Shown piece after piece: positions 25,554 to 33,754 of a DNA stretch of 64,000 nt. Positions within the stretch are counted from its first letter, which is position 1. Each line of letters opens with the position of its first letter. The translations under genes and the position numbers were made by a program. This DNA is from Candidatus Micrarchaeota archaeon (GTDB lineage: Archaea; Micrarchaeota; Micrarchaeia; Micrarchaeales; CABMGC01): the NCBI GenBank assembly GCA_021790305.1, contig JAJYED010000001.1, positions 11,844-75,843 on the forward strand, read 5' to 3'. A model generated the notes under the pieces. It saw nothing but the letters and a program-made list of their open reading frames with translations. It ran no database searches and was not told the DNA's origin.

Positions 25554-27989
25554 GTGGTTAGGTTGACGAAAAGGAGGAAGCTGTCCAAGACAGTGATTAT
25601 AGGAGTAATTGCAATAATTGTGATAGCAATAATCTCAATCATACTTATAGAGAACGCTGTAAGTAGTGCCATAAGTTCGTATCATCCCTCTCTTCCTCCC
25701 CACGCTATAAACAGCTCCTTAAGCATGCAGAATGCATTTTTCGGAAATTATGCGAATTCAACAGCATTTGCAGCATATGCTAAACTGAACTATCATGTGA
25801 CCAACGCCTCATATGCGGGCTTTACATTAAGAGTCTTCAAGACAGATCCTATTCCCAAGATATACCTTGTAGATACGGACAACTACTGCATAAACTGCTT
25901 TCTGGGATCTACTATGCAGCAGTATCTGCAGAATTATCTGAGCCAGTTCGGTCTCCTTCTCAACCAGAGCAGTTTCAATTACATACAGCTTAACAACATG
26001 TCATCCGTGCCTCCAAATTCGATAATAATAGTACCTTCGGGGCTTATTCCATTATCCTTTCTTCCAATACAGAACAGCTCTCTTAACGGCTACAACGCAT
26101 GCCCATTAAACTATAATTATAGCATAATCAACATGCTCAATAAAGGAGATACTATATTCTATGTTGGTGACAACTTCTCCAACACGGTTTCATGCGGTCA
26201 GCAAATAATACAGACTCCACAAAGCATAATAAATCAATTGTCATCAATAGGCCTTGGCACAAGGCCGGCAAATGCTACTGACATAATAACAGCAAAGAAC
26301 CAGACCTACCTCACCTTCAATTCGCCAACATTCTTATTCACAAGTGGATACGTGGGACCGAGCTCAACTTATGTTAACGTTTTGAATGGCAGCGTAGTCG
26401 CACTTACCAACTATCCGTCCAAAGGGTGGAATAATGCATCTACTCTCTCACGGGATATAGCTGCATTAATTAACCTGCACTCCTGGAATGGCGAACTGGC
26501 ATCAGGCAGCACCGGATATATGCGGATAAAAAACAACAGCTCATCAGGTCAGATTGGGCTGGTAACTAATACCACGCAGGCAAGCCTGCAGTCTCTTACT
26601 AATATATCTCTATCAAGTACATATGTATTGGGAACTTCATACTTCTATAACTCTGCTGGCCAGTTGAAGGAGAACAATATATTATTCGGGTTAAATGGGC
26701 TTGAAAACGGATACGTGAGCATTACATCACCAGTTCCACAGACCGCAAGCGAATACATAAGTGCCGGTGCAACAAATATAACCAACGCTTATGATTCATT
26801 CCATATCTACATATACAATCTCAGCTATAATAACCCTGTCCAGTATCTTTTTATAGGTCAGATGAAACCAAACGTAACGTTCATAAAACCCATATCCTTC
26901 TCGCTTCTAGGCGGATACTATATAGCATCACTCATAGACTCAAACAACCATACATATGCACGTGCAATATTCAGAATATATAATACAAATATCACTGCAG
27001 TACGTCCATTCTCCTTCAGCAACAGGACCTTTACCTTCTCCCTCCATAGCGGAGACTATCCCCTTACCGGTATTCCATATAGCATATCCATTAATGGCCA
27101 GTATGTACAAAATGGTACTGTAAACAACAGTATAATACAATATTCCCTGCCGGGAGGTTCGGTATTGAGTTACGGGAATGAGACATTTACCATAAAGGTG
27201 CTCGGGAATACAGAAACAATAATAGAGCCTTACAGTAACACAATATTCAACATACCTGCGTACTATATAGAGTTTGCCATAGCGGCAGTCGTAATAGTTG
27301 TACTTAATAAGATACTCATCCCTCCAAATATAGACAGATACTACATAAACGTGCAGGAGTTCGGCCATACAGATAGGGCAAAGGTCAAGGAGCCTCCAGA
27401 GACGATCCTTAAGGTATTTGACCAGGTAAATTACTATTATCACTGGAGATATATGCCTCTAACTGCTGAAGAGGTAAAGGCAGGGATATCGGGCAATGTG
27501 AGATATGGAAACATGCCTATAGCGGTGACGCTGCAGAATACCTATACTGTTCTAAATAAGATGTCCAGGAAGGGACTTATAGTAGAAGCTGCAGATTATT
27601 ATGCCCCCAAGAGCTGGGAAGAAACATCAAAGCATGACATAGAATACCTTGTAATATTCAGGAAGCTCAGAGACTACAGCGTATCTAACGCAATGCTCTT
27701 CACTGACATTGACGCATATGATAATGTAGATATGATGATAACAAACAAGGGAGTCCAGAATTACGTCTATATATACTCCAAACTGTCAGAGAACCCGAAA
27801 CTAAAGAACATACCTCTGGGCAAGAGCCACAGAACATTTATCGTCTTCTTAAACGAAGAGGACAGATACGACTTCGTGGACAGGTTAAATATCTCATATG
27901 GGGAAGAGAGCGAGATATTAAGAATGAGTATAGACTCATTAGACATAAGGCTGATAGGCACTGACGATCTGACACAGCTCAAACTTTAA
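25554..27989 (+). CDS. 811-aa bitopic surface glycoprotein-like protein with a cytoplasmic C-terminal domain
   Basis: GTG start and an N-terminal TM (VIIGVIAIIVIAIISIILI). A ~550-aa ectodomain carries more than 20 N-x-S/T sequons. A second TM follows (YYIEFAIAAVVIVVLNKILI), then a ~220-aa cytoplasmic domain containing a wHTH-like stretch (TVLNKMSRKGLIVEA). Confidence 0.62.
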   Translation: MVRLTKRRKLSKTVIIGVIAIIVIAIISIILIENAVSSAISSYHPSLPPHAINSSLSMQNAFFGNYANSTAFAAYAKLNYHVTNASYAGFTLRVFKTDPIPKIYLVDTDNYCINCFLGSTMQQYLQNYLSQFGLLLNQSSFNYIQLNNMSSVPPNSIIIVPSGLIPLSFLPIQNSSLNGYNACPLNYNYSIINMLNKGDTIFYVGDNFSNTVSCGQQIIQTPQSIINQLSSIGLGTRPANATDIITAKNQTYLTFNSPTFLFTSGYVGPSSTYVNVLNGSVVALTNYPSKGWNNASTLSRDIAALINLHSWNGELASGSTGYMRIKNNSSSGQIGLVTNTTQASLQSLTNISLSSTYVLGTSYFYNSAGQLKENNILFGLNGLENGYVSITSPVPQTASEYISAGATNITNAYDSFHIYIYNLSYNNPVQYLFIGQMKPNVTFIKPISFSLLGGYYIASLIDSNNHTYARAIFRIYNTNITAVRPFSFSNRTFTFSLHSGDYPLTGIPYSISINGQYVQNGTVNNSIIQYSLPGGSVLSYGNETFTIKVLGNTETIIEPYSNTIFNIPAYYIEFAIAAVVIVVLNKILIPPNIDRYYINVQEFGHTDRAKVKEPPETILKVFDQVNYYYHWRYMPLTAEEVKAGISGNVRYGNMPIAVTLQNTYTVLNKMSRKGLIVEAADYYAPKSWEETSKHDIEYLVIFRKLRDYSVSNAMLFTDIDAYDNVDMMITNKGVQNYVYIYSKLSENPKLKNIPLGKSHRTFIVFLNEEDRYDFVDRLNISYGEESEILRMSIDSLDIRLIGTDDLTQLKL

Positions 27990-28088
27990 TCTAATGAATA
28001 TTGTAAAAAGCAACTGAGATTTAGTTACTGTTATTTTATCTGATACGTCTGGACATATCTAGAGAGCTCTAGAAAAAATACTAAAGTA

Positions 28089-29705
28089 TTACTCTTCAGC
28101 TGAATCCTGAGAAGTCTCACTGTCTGCTACATCTTCTTCCGAATCATCTTCCTTTCCCATGTCATACTTGCTCTCAACTATGTGCTTTAGGGAGCTCTCT
28201 ATCTGCTCCTTATCCTCTCCGGTAATGTCACTAAGATCAGCAGAAAGCTGCCCCACATATCTCATTATTGTCTTGTACCTTGATTCTCGGACATGCATGT
28301 TCTTCTGCTTGTTTATGTGTATCTGCAGCTTTCTGGCGCATTCCATGATCCCAAGCTTTAACTCTTCTATTATCTCAGGCTCCTGTGACACCGCCTGCTT
28401 TCCTATTCCGTTGTAAGGTATGTAAACGCTGGATATGTTGACAAAGACGCTTATAGGTTCATCTCCGAAATCTCTTATCCCGTATCTCTTCCATTGGATC
28501 TGGTTAACAGCTTCTGTTATCGCACAGACAGAACCATCGAACAACAGCGGGACCTTATTTGCAAAACGCATTATAGTACCTTTTGTTCCTTCTTCTGTCT
28601 TCTTTCCTGCGTCGCCTCCATAAGCTATTCCGGCTTCAACTACAAACGGTATGCCACCCTTGAATATCTTTGGCTTTCTTTCAGTCACGCTGATGAACTG
28701 GGGATTTATTATGTTGAGCATCGCAGTCTCCATCTGCGCTGCACCTATTACTGAGAGTGAATCTGTCTCAGGAGCGATCCACTTGACGCTCTTGAAAGCT
28801 TCAACGAGCTTCTCTGCTTCGGGCCATGTCAATTCACGAGGTTTCTTATCAAAATTGATATCCTTTGCAATTCCTTTAAGTTCGTCTATCTTTGCAGCGC
28901 TGACTCTGGAGAAGCTCTCCGTAAGGAAGGATGAGATATTGCTGCTATTGGTAACATGTGCGAAGTCGAGCAAGTCCCTTGCGCTTATTCCAAGTGGATG
29001 AGGTTTGGTCTGCTTCGGCCTCTTTGGCATCTCATTAACCGACCTTGGGAAGACTGTCTCTTTTCCATCAGGTTCAACAAGCTTTATTGTAGCATGAGGA
29101 TTGGATAATGCAGTACGCTTCACATATTCATAGACTCCATGGTCGCTTCTCTCATACTTCGTATCTCCAAATTCTCCGCTTACGGATGTGCCTCTGAAGT
29201 CTTCGAGCATAGTCTTCATGTTTGTTATCAGCGGTTTGTTCGTCTTTATGTCTATTGCGATATCGCACTCAAAGGAGCCCTTTCCTGTACCCGATCTTGC
29301 ATGTATTGGTTTTCCAGTTGTTATAGCTGCAAAGAGCGTACAGCCACCGGCTCCTATTCCCTGCTGTCCGCGCTGCTGAAGATATCTGTGGAATTTTGTT
29401 CCTGATAATATGCTGGCAAGAGCCTTCCCTATGTGCTTCTGAGGTATTCCTGGACCGTTGTCAGTAACAGTAACCATGTGCCTGTTCTCATTGACCGCTT
29501 TGACCTCTACGCTTATCTCAGGGAATATCCCTGCCTCTTCACAAGCGTCAAGAGAGTTGGCCACGTACTCGTGTACTACTGTAGTAAGGGATCTCACCTT
29601 CCCGGAATAGCCGAGCATCTGGCTGTTCTTCCTGAAGAACTGCGTTATCGACTGCTCTTTGAACTCCTTGAATATCTCATCAGCGTCTTTCTCTCCGGTC
29701 GCCAT
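28089..29705 (-). CDS. top6B: DNA topoisomerase VI subunit B
   Basis: GHKL/Bergerat ATPase motifs (VHEYVANSLDACEEAG, VTDNGPGIP, GQQGIGAGG) and a transducer domain. The length is typical. Confidence 0.92.
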   Translation of the reverse strand: MATGEKDADEIFKEFKEQSITQFFRKNSQMLGYSGKVRSLTTVVHEYVANSLDACEEAGIFPEISVEVKAVNENRHMVTVTDNGPGIPQKHIGKALASILSGTKFHRYLQQRGQQGIGAGGCTLFAAITTGKPIHARSGTGKGSFECDIAIDIKTNKPLITNMKTMLEDFRGTSVSGEFGDTKYERSDHGVYEYVKRTALSNPHATIKLVEPDGKETVFPRSVNEMPKRPKQTKPHPLGISARDLLDFAHVTNSSNISSFLTESFSRVSAAKIDELKGIAKDINFDKKPRELTWPEAEKLVEAFKSVKWIAPETDSLSVIGAAQMETAMLNIINPQFISVTERKPKIFKGGIPFVVEAGIAYGGDAGKKTEEGTKGTIMRFANKVPLLFDGSVCAITEAVNQIQWKRYGIRDFGDEPISVFVNISSVYIPYNGIGKQAVSQEPEIIEELKLGIMECARKLQIHINKQKNMHVRESRYKTIMRYVGQLSADLSDITGEDKEQIESSLKHIVESKYDMGKEDDSEEDVADSETSQDSAEE

Positions 29706-29709
29706 AAAA

Positions 29710-30207
29710 TCACACGCTCTTTAGCTTTCTCCTTTCTTTTTCCATCACAGCATAAGCGGTGCTGTGCTTTCCTCCGTCAAGCAGTATGTTTATCCCAGCT
29801 TTTGCGATTCTTATTTCATCTATATTGCCTATAAGGCTTATGGTATCTCCGTATATCTCTATTGCAGCTCCGCTCACTTCTTCCATATAAATCTTTGCCT
29901 TGCCATCCGTGCCGATTATCCTTGCAATCATCCTCTTCTTCTTTACCTTGTTTGATGCTATGTCCCCGACATCTATGCTCTCGAAGAAGAAGTCCTCATT
30001 AAGCAGCTTAAACGCGGTATTCAGCTTGAAGCCTCGTGCTATCGCCTGAACAATGCCCTTTGCCGCATACTCGGCATATGCATCACCCTCTATAGTGACC
30101 TCATTCTTGCCTTCAATGATTATTTTGCAAAGCAGTCTCTTCTCTATAGTGGCCATGGCCTCTTTCAAAGCATGCACTCTTGCCGCAGGTATGAGTATGC
30201 GCTCCAT
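29710..30207 (-). CDS. KH-domain RNA-binding protein (archaeal Dim2/Pno1-like)
   Basis: Two KH-like modules, with IARIIGTDGKAKIYMEEVSG (GxxG-type loop) and a helix-rich first module. The ATG at 30207 is preferred over the GTG at 30216. Confidence 0.72.
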   Translation of the reverse strand: MERILIPAARVHALKEAMATIEKRLLCKIIIEGKNEVTIEGDAYAEYAAKGIVQAIARGFKLNTAFKLLNEDFFFESIDVGDIASNKVKKKRMIARIIGTDGKAKIYMEEVSGAAIEIYGDTISLIGNIDEIRIAKAGINILLDGGKHSTAYAVMEKERRKLKSV

Positions 30208-30389
30208 TATAAACACGCTGAATGCGTAGTCCTTACTTAATAACTTTGCGCTGGAAAGCCTGTAATGGCTCTACAAAGCATATCTTTGCGCATCAGGATA
30301 AGGGACGCATTGTCTTCCCGCATGTTTCTTAACATTGCAAATGCTCCGACGTGAATAAGTAATCGGAAGTTCCAACTCTTTGAGTAAGG

Positions 30390-30397
30390 TTTAAATA
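30390..30397 (+). promoter_or_regulatory. TATA-box-like element (TTTAAATA)
   Basis: A consensus-like archaeal TATA ~80-90 nt upstream of the wHTH gene start. The TCATGA array begins ~16 nt downstream. Confidence 0.4.
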
Positions 30398-30412
30398 TCT
30401 TATTCTATACAT

Positions 30413-30462
30413 TCATGATTGAATCATGATTCATTCTGAAACAGTTCATGAATCTTTCATGA
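30413..30462. promoter_or_regulatory. Four palindromic TCATGA hexamers at 11/22/11-bp spacing (candidate operator array)
   Basis: TCATGA occurs at 30413, 30424, 30446 and 30457. All four share A/T-rich flanks (TTCATGAT/A). Confidence 0.45.
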
Positions 30463-30476
30463 TATGGTTGTGAGCC

Positions 30477-30980
30477 GTGTTGGGTATGGATACAAACAAA
30501 CAAATCACAGAAGAGATTAATAAACTTAGGGAGGAGATCCGCTTACTTTCGGAAAAGAAGGAATCCGACCAGGGAGCAGGAATGATCGCGCTCATAAAAT
30601 ATGTCACAGAAGAGAGGGAGAGGACTGAGAAGCTGCTAATGACAATGGCAGAGAAGATAAGAAGGATGGAAAGCAGGCAGCAGTTGGGGGTACAGGAACA
30701 TGTGCCTGTTCAGGATAACGCTAAAGGAAAGAACTTCGAAGAGATTGCACTCTCAGATACTGATAGACGAATAATAGACTTCGTGCAGACAAAGGGCATG
30801 GCATGCGCAGATGATATAAAAGGCATAATGGGATACAAAAGAAGAAATGCTGCATGCACAAGGCTGAAGAAGCTCTGCGATGATGGGCTTCTGCAAAGAT
30901 TCCAACTAGGTCACAAGGTTTATTACAGATTTGATGCTGGCAAGGCGACCAACACACTAATCATATCACCTCCACAGTAA
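30477..30980 (+). CDS. Coiled-coil plus C-terminal winged-helix transcription regulator-like protein
   Basis: The C-terminal part is DRRIIDFVQTKGMACADDIKGIMGYKRRNAACTRLKKLCDDGLLQRFQLGHKVYYRF, a MarR/TrmB-like wHTH pattern. The start is GTG 30477 or ATG 30486. Confidence 0.6.
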   Translation: MLGMDTNKQITEEINKLREEIRLLSEKKESDQGAGMIALIKYVTEERERTEKLLMTMAEKIRRMESRQQLGVQEHVPVQDNAKGKNFEEIALSDTDRRIIDFVQTKGMACADDIKGIMGYKRRNAACTRLKKLCDDGLLQRFQLGHKVYYRFDAGKATNTLIISPPQ

Positions 30981-30987
30981 CTTGATT

Positions 30988-31016
30988 GGGCCCGCTAGTA
31001 TTTCCCCAGCGGGCCC
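30988..31016 (+). terminator. GC-rich hairpin after the regulator gene
   Basis: GGGCCCGCT-(11 nt)-AGCGGGCCC forms a perfect 9-bp stem 8 nt after the stop. A T-rich tract follows but is weak. Confidence 0.35.
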
Positions 31017-31152
31017 GTCTATTTATCTGATCTGCGTGTTCTTGCCATTCTTTTTAACACAGACAGCTAGCATGCCGCAAGTTTTCCGATCCGGATTTTC
31101 CCCCAAGCATTTTTAAATAGTTGAGCGTCCAAATATCTATCTCTGTGAGCTT

Positions 31153-32130
31153 ATGGATCCAAGAAATATATTCTCACTTACACACCAAAGCGATATAGAC
31201 GGGGTAGGCAGTGCGGCCCTGATAAAGATGCGTTATGGAATACCTGCCAAGAACATGTTCTTTGCAGATTATTCTCCAGAAAACGTGATAAGGTCGAAGC
31301 AGGAGATAACAAAGGCTGCGAAAGATGGTGCTGTCCTTATAATAGCTGACCTCGGGCTAAATGAGGCTACGAAGCAGCCTATGCTTGAGCTGATAAATAA
31401 TATCAAGAATAAAGATGGCAGTGTATACTGGTTCGATCATCATATGTGGAGCGATAGCTGGATAAAGGATGTCGCATCAAAGTGCGATGCCGCAATAGTC
31501 AACGAGAATGCAGAGTACTGTGCTACTGAGATAGTAAGAAATGAGCTATCCTTAAACAGCGCCTTCTGCATGAGATTTGCCCAGATAGTTCATTACTCAG
31601 ACTTCAACCTTCGCCCAAAGAATAATGCGTACATGAAAATGATAATAGAGTATGCGACATGCATAACTTCATACAGTCAGATAACAGATTACCAGAGACG
31701 CAACAATAAGCTGAGGCACGTTGCAGAGGTGATAAGCACAGGCAGGCTCTCAGACAGCATTATAAGAAGCGATGCTGCAGAATTTGATAAGGTTAATAAA
31801 ACAAGGATAAAAGAGCTGGTAAGCAAAAGACTGATTGTACTTGACAATGTTGCAGTTGGCTTCCAAAAGAGAGTGAATTCGACCCTTGCAGGCTCTGAGA
31901 TTATAAAACAGAGCGGCAAGGATATCGCAGTATACATAAACACAGACGATCTGCATGGCCACATAAGGACCAAAAAGGCAGACTGCGTTAAGCTCGCCAA
32001 CTATCTCGGAGGCGGAGGACACCCTCATGCTGCAGGCTTTACTCTAAAGAAAAAATACGACTTCTCAAAAGAATCCGAGAGAAGAAAATTTGCAACTCTT
32101 ATAGACAGAAAGGCAAAGGAGCTATGCTGA
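31153..32130 (+). CDS. DHH/DHHA1-family phosphoesterase (NrnA/RecJ-like)
   Basis: Motifs HQSDIDGVGSA, FDHH and GGGGHPHAAGF. Confidence 0.8.
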   Translation: MDPRNIFSLTHQSDIDGVGSAALIKMRYGIPAKNMFFADYSPENVIRSKQEITKAAKDGAVLIIADLGLNEATKQPMLELINNIKNKDGSVYWFDHHMWSDSWIKDVASKCDAAIVNENAEYCATEIVRNELSLNSAFCMRFAQIVHYSDFNLRPKNNAYMKMIIEYATCITSYSQITDYQRRNNKLRHVAEVISTGRLSDSIIRSDAAEFDKVNKTRIKELVSKRLIVLDNVAVGFQKRVNSTLAGSEIIKQSGKDIAVYINTDDLHGHIRTKKADCVKLANYLGGGGHPHAAGFTLKKKYDFSKESERRKFATLIDRKAKELC

Positions 32131-33324
32131 TAGGGTACCGTATCCGTATAATCTCCATCTCTGCTTTATGTTTCTAAGGACAGAAATCTTCATGTGCTTG
32201 TCTACACAGAAAGCGTGCCTAAGCTTTATGGTCACCATATTCTTCTTTACCTTCTTCACATAGCCGACTACTGTGCCTGTCCCTATTCCTAAAATAACAG
32301 GTTCCATATCTGCAAATCCCTGCTTGGGTATGTCATCTCTATTCAATGAACTGTAGTTTATCGATATCTCAGTCTTCGATTCAGGGAGCTTTCCAACATG
32401 CCCTATAATCTGCCCGACAAGTCCGTCTGCCTTAGTCATTGCAGGATCCATATCCGTACCTATCGCTATCAGTCCTCCTGCTATCGCTTTATCAAGTTTC
32501 TCCTCTCCTGCCGAGATGCTTTCTATGGTTACTATGAGCGGCTTGTAATTTGCATTGCCCTTCTTGTCCTTTGCAACATTTATCCCAGGGCGTATCTCTG
32601 CCTTGTCTCCAGGCTTGAACGTGCCTCTTATCACCGAGCCGCCTACGACTCCGCCTACCAAATCGTCTATATCAGTTCCAGGCTTGTTCACGTCAAAAGA
32701 CCTTGCAACATACATTATGGGATCCGACCCGGTATCGCGCTCAGGCAAAGGTATCCTTGCTATCTCTTCAAGAACCATATCGACGTTTATGTTCCTGTTT
32801 GCCATTACAGGTATTATGACCGCGTCAGCTATCTTGCTTCCCTTGATAAACTCCTTTATCTGCGCATAATGCTGCTTCGCCTTATCCTTCCCAACTATGT
32901 CAACTTTGGTCTGCACTATTATGACATTCTTTATTCCCAGCGCATTTATTATCATAAGGTGCTCCTTTGTCTGAGGCATAGGGCACGGCTCTGTGGCAGA
33001 TATCACAAAAAGTGCGGCATCTATTATGTTCGATCCGGCTATGGCTGTTGCCATGAGCGTTTCGTGACCAGGAGAGTCAAGCAGAGATACTTTCACTATC
33101 TCCTTCGCGCCTGGCTGCTTTTCTGTAGTATAAGCTATCTTGCCATCCTTTTCATATGTATATATGACAGCATCGGAATAGCCTAGCTTTATTGTCATGC
33201 TTCTCTTAATGCTCTCGCTGTGTATATCAGTCCACTTATGCGCTATGGCTGCGGTCAGCGTAGTCTTTCCATGGTCCACGTGGCCAAGCGTGCCGATGTT
33301 AAGCTGGCTCTGTTTTATTGTCAT
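32122..33324 (-). CDS. eif2g: Translation initiation factor aIF2 gamma subunit
   Basis: GTPase motifs NIGTLGHVDHGKTT, DSPGHE and TKVD, with EF-Tu-like domains II and III. It lies downstream of eS6, as in many archaea. Confidence 0.93.
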   Translation of the reverse strand: MTIKQSQLNIGTLGHVDHGKTTLTAAIAHKWTDIHSESIKRSMTIKLGYSDAVIYTYEKDGKIAYTTEKQPGAKEIVKVSLLDSPGHETLMATAIAGSNIIDAALFVISATEPCPMPQTKEHLMIINALGIKNVIIVQTKVDIVGKDKAKQHYAQIKEFIKGSKIADAVIIPVMANRNINVDMVLEEIARIPLPERDTGSDPIMYVARSFDVNKPGTDIDDLVGGVVGGSVIRGTFKPGDKAEIRPGINVAKDKKGNANYKPLIVTIESISAGEEKLDKAIAGGLIAIGTDMDPAMTKADGLVGQIIGHVGKLPESKTEISINYSSLNRDDIPKQGFADMEPVILGIGTGTVVGYVKKVKKNMVTIKLRHAFCVDKHMKISVLRNIKQRWRLYGYGTLSA

Positions 33325-33328
33325 CTAC

Positions 33329-33718
33329 TTATTCCTCCTTCTTCTCCTTCGGCTTGAACAGCTCCTCGGCATTATGCGATCCCATCTCGGTTATGACCGT
33401 ATTTACCTGTGATGTATCGTTGCCTATGGTATTTCCCCTTATGAGCCTCTTGACCCTGTAACCCTTCCTTGCCTTCTTTATCCCAGGGCCTCTGCTCAAC
33501 AGCGGCCTTGACTTTATTATGCCGTCTATCTCCTTCCTTGAAGGCGCTCCTGTGCTGTCGCTCAGTCCTGTTATCTGGAACTTCATGCCTTCAAGACCCA
33601 CGACGAATCCTTCCAACGAATCTCCTATCTTAAGCCCTATCAGCAGGTTCTCCTTTTCCTTTGGGACCTCAAGCTGCGATGTCTTTCCGCTCTTCTTGTC
33701 AGAGTACACTATCTTCAT
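33329..33718 (-). CDS. rps6e: Ribosomal protein eS6
   Basis: MKIVYSDKKSGKTSQLEV...LSRGPGIKKARKGYRVKRLIRGNTI matches the S6e pattern. The ATG at 33718 is preferred over the track start at 33727. Confidence 0.9.
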   Translation of the reverse strand: MKIVYSDKKSGKTSQLEVPKEKENLLIGLKIGDSLEGFVVGLEGMKFQITGLSDSTGAPSRKEIDGIIKSRPLLSRGPGIKKARKGYRVKRLIRGNTIGNDTSQVNTVITEMGSHNAEELFKPKEKKEE

Positions 33719-33754
33719 GCAAATCAACTATTTCTTTTAACATTATTTACCTAT

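Larger units (their letters stand above)
6340..27989. other. Candidate T4SS/Ced-like cell-envelope translocation locus (two secretion ATPases, pilin candidate, six-paralog membrane array, accessory proteins)
   Basis: Based on gene content and tight or overlapping gene junctions as listed for the individual features. The flanks are core genes (Trm5/DUF373 on the left, Top6B on the right). Confidence 0.5.

Noticed and set aside
6340-27989. Interpreting the secretion-like locus as an integrated conjugative plasmid/ICE
   Set aside because: No integrase, relaxase, coupling protein, partition genes or flanking direct repeats are visible. By eye the composition matches the neighbouring core genes. 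The boundaries abut Trm5/DUF373 and Top6B. An ICE cannot be fully excluded without a search, but it is not supported by what is visible.
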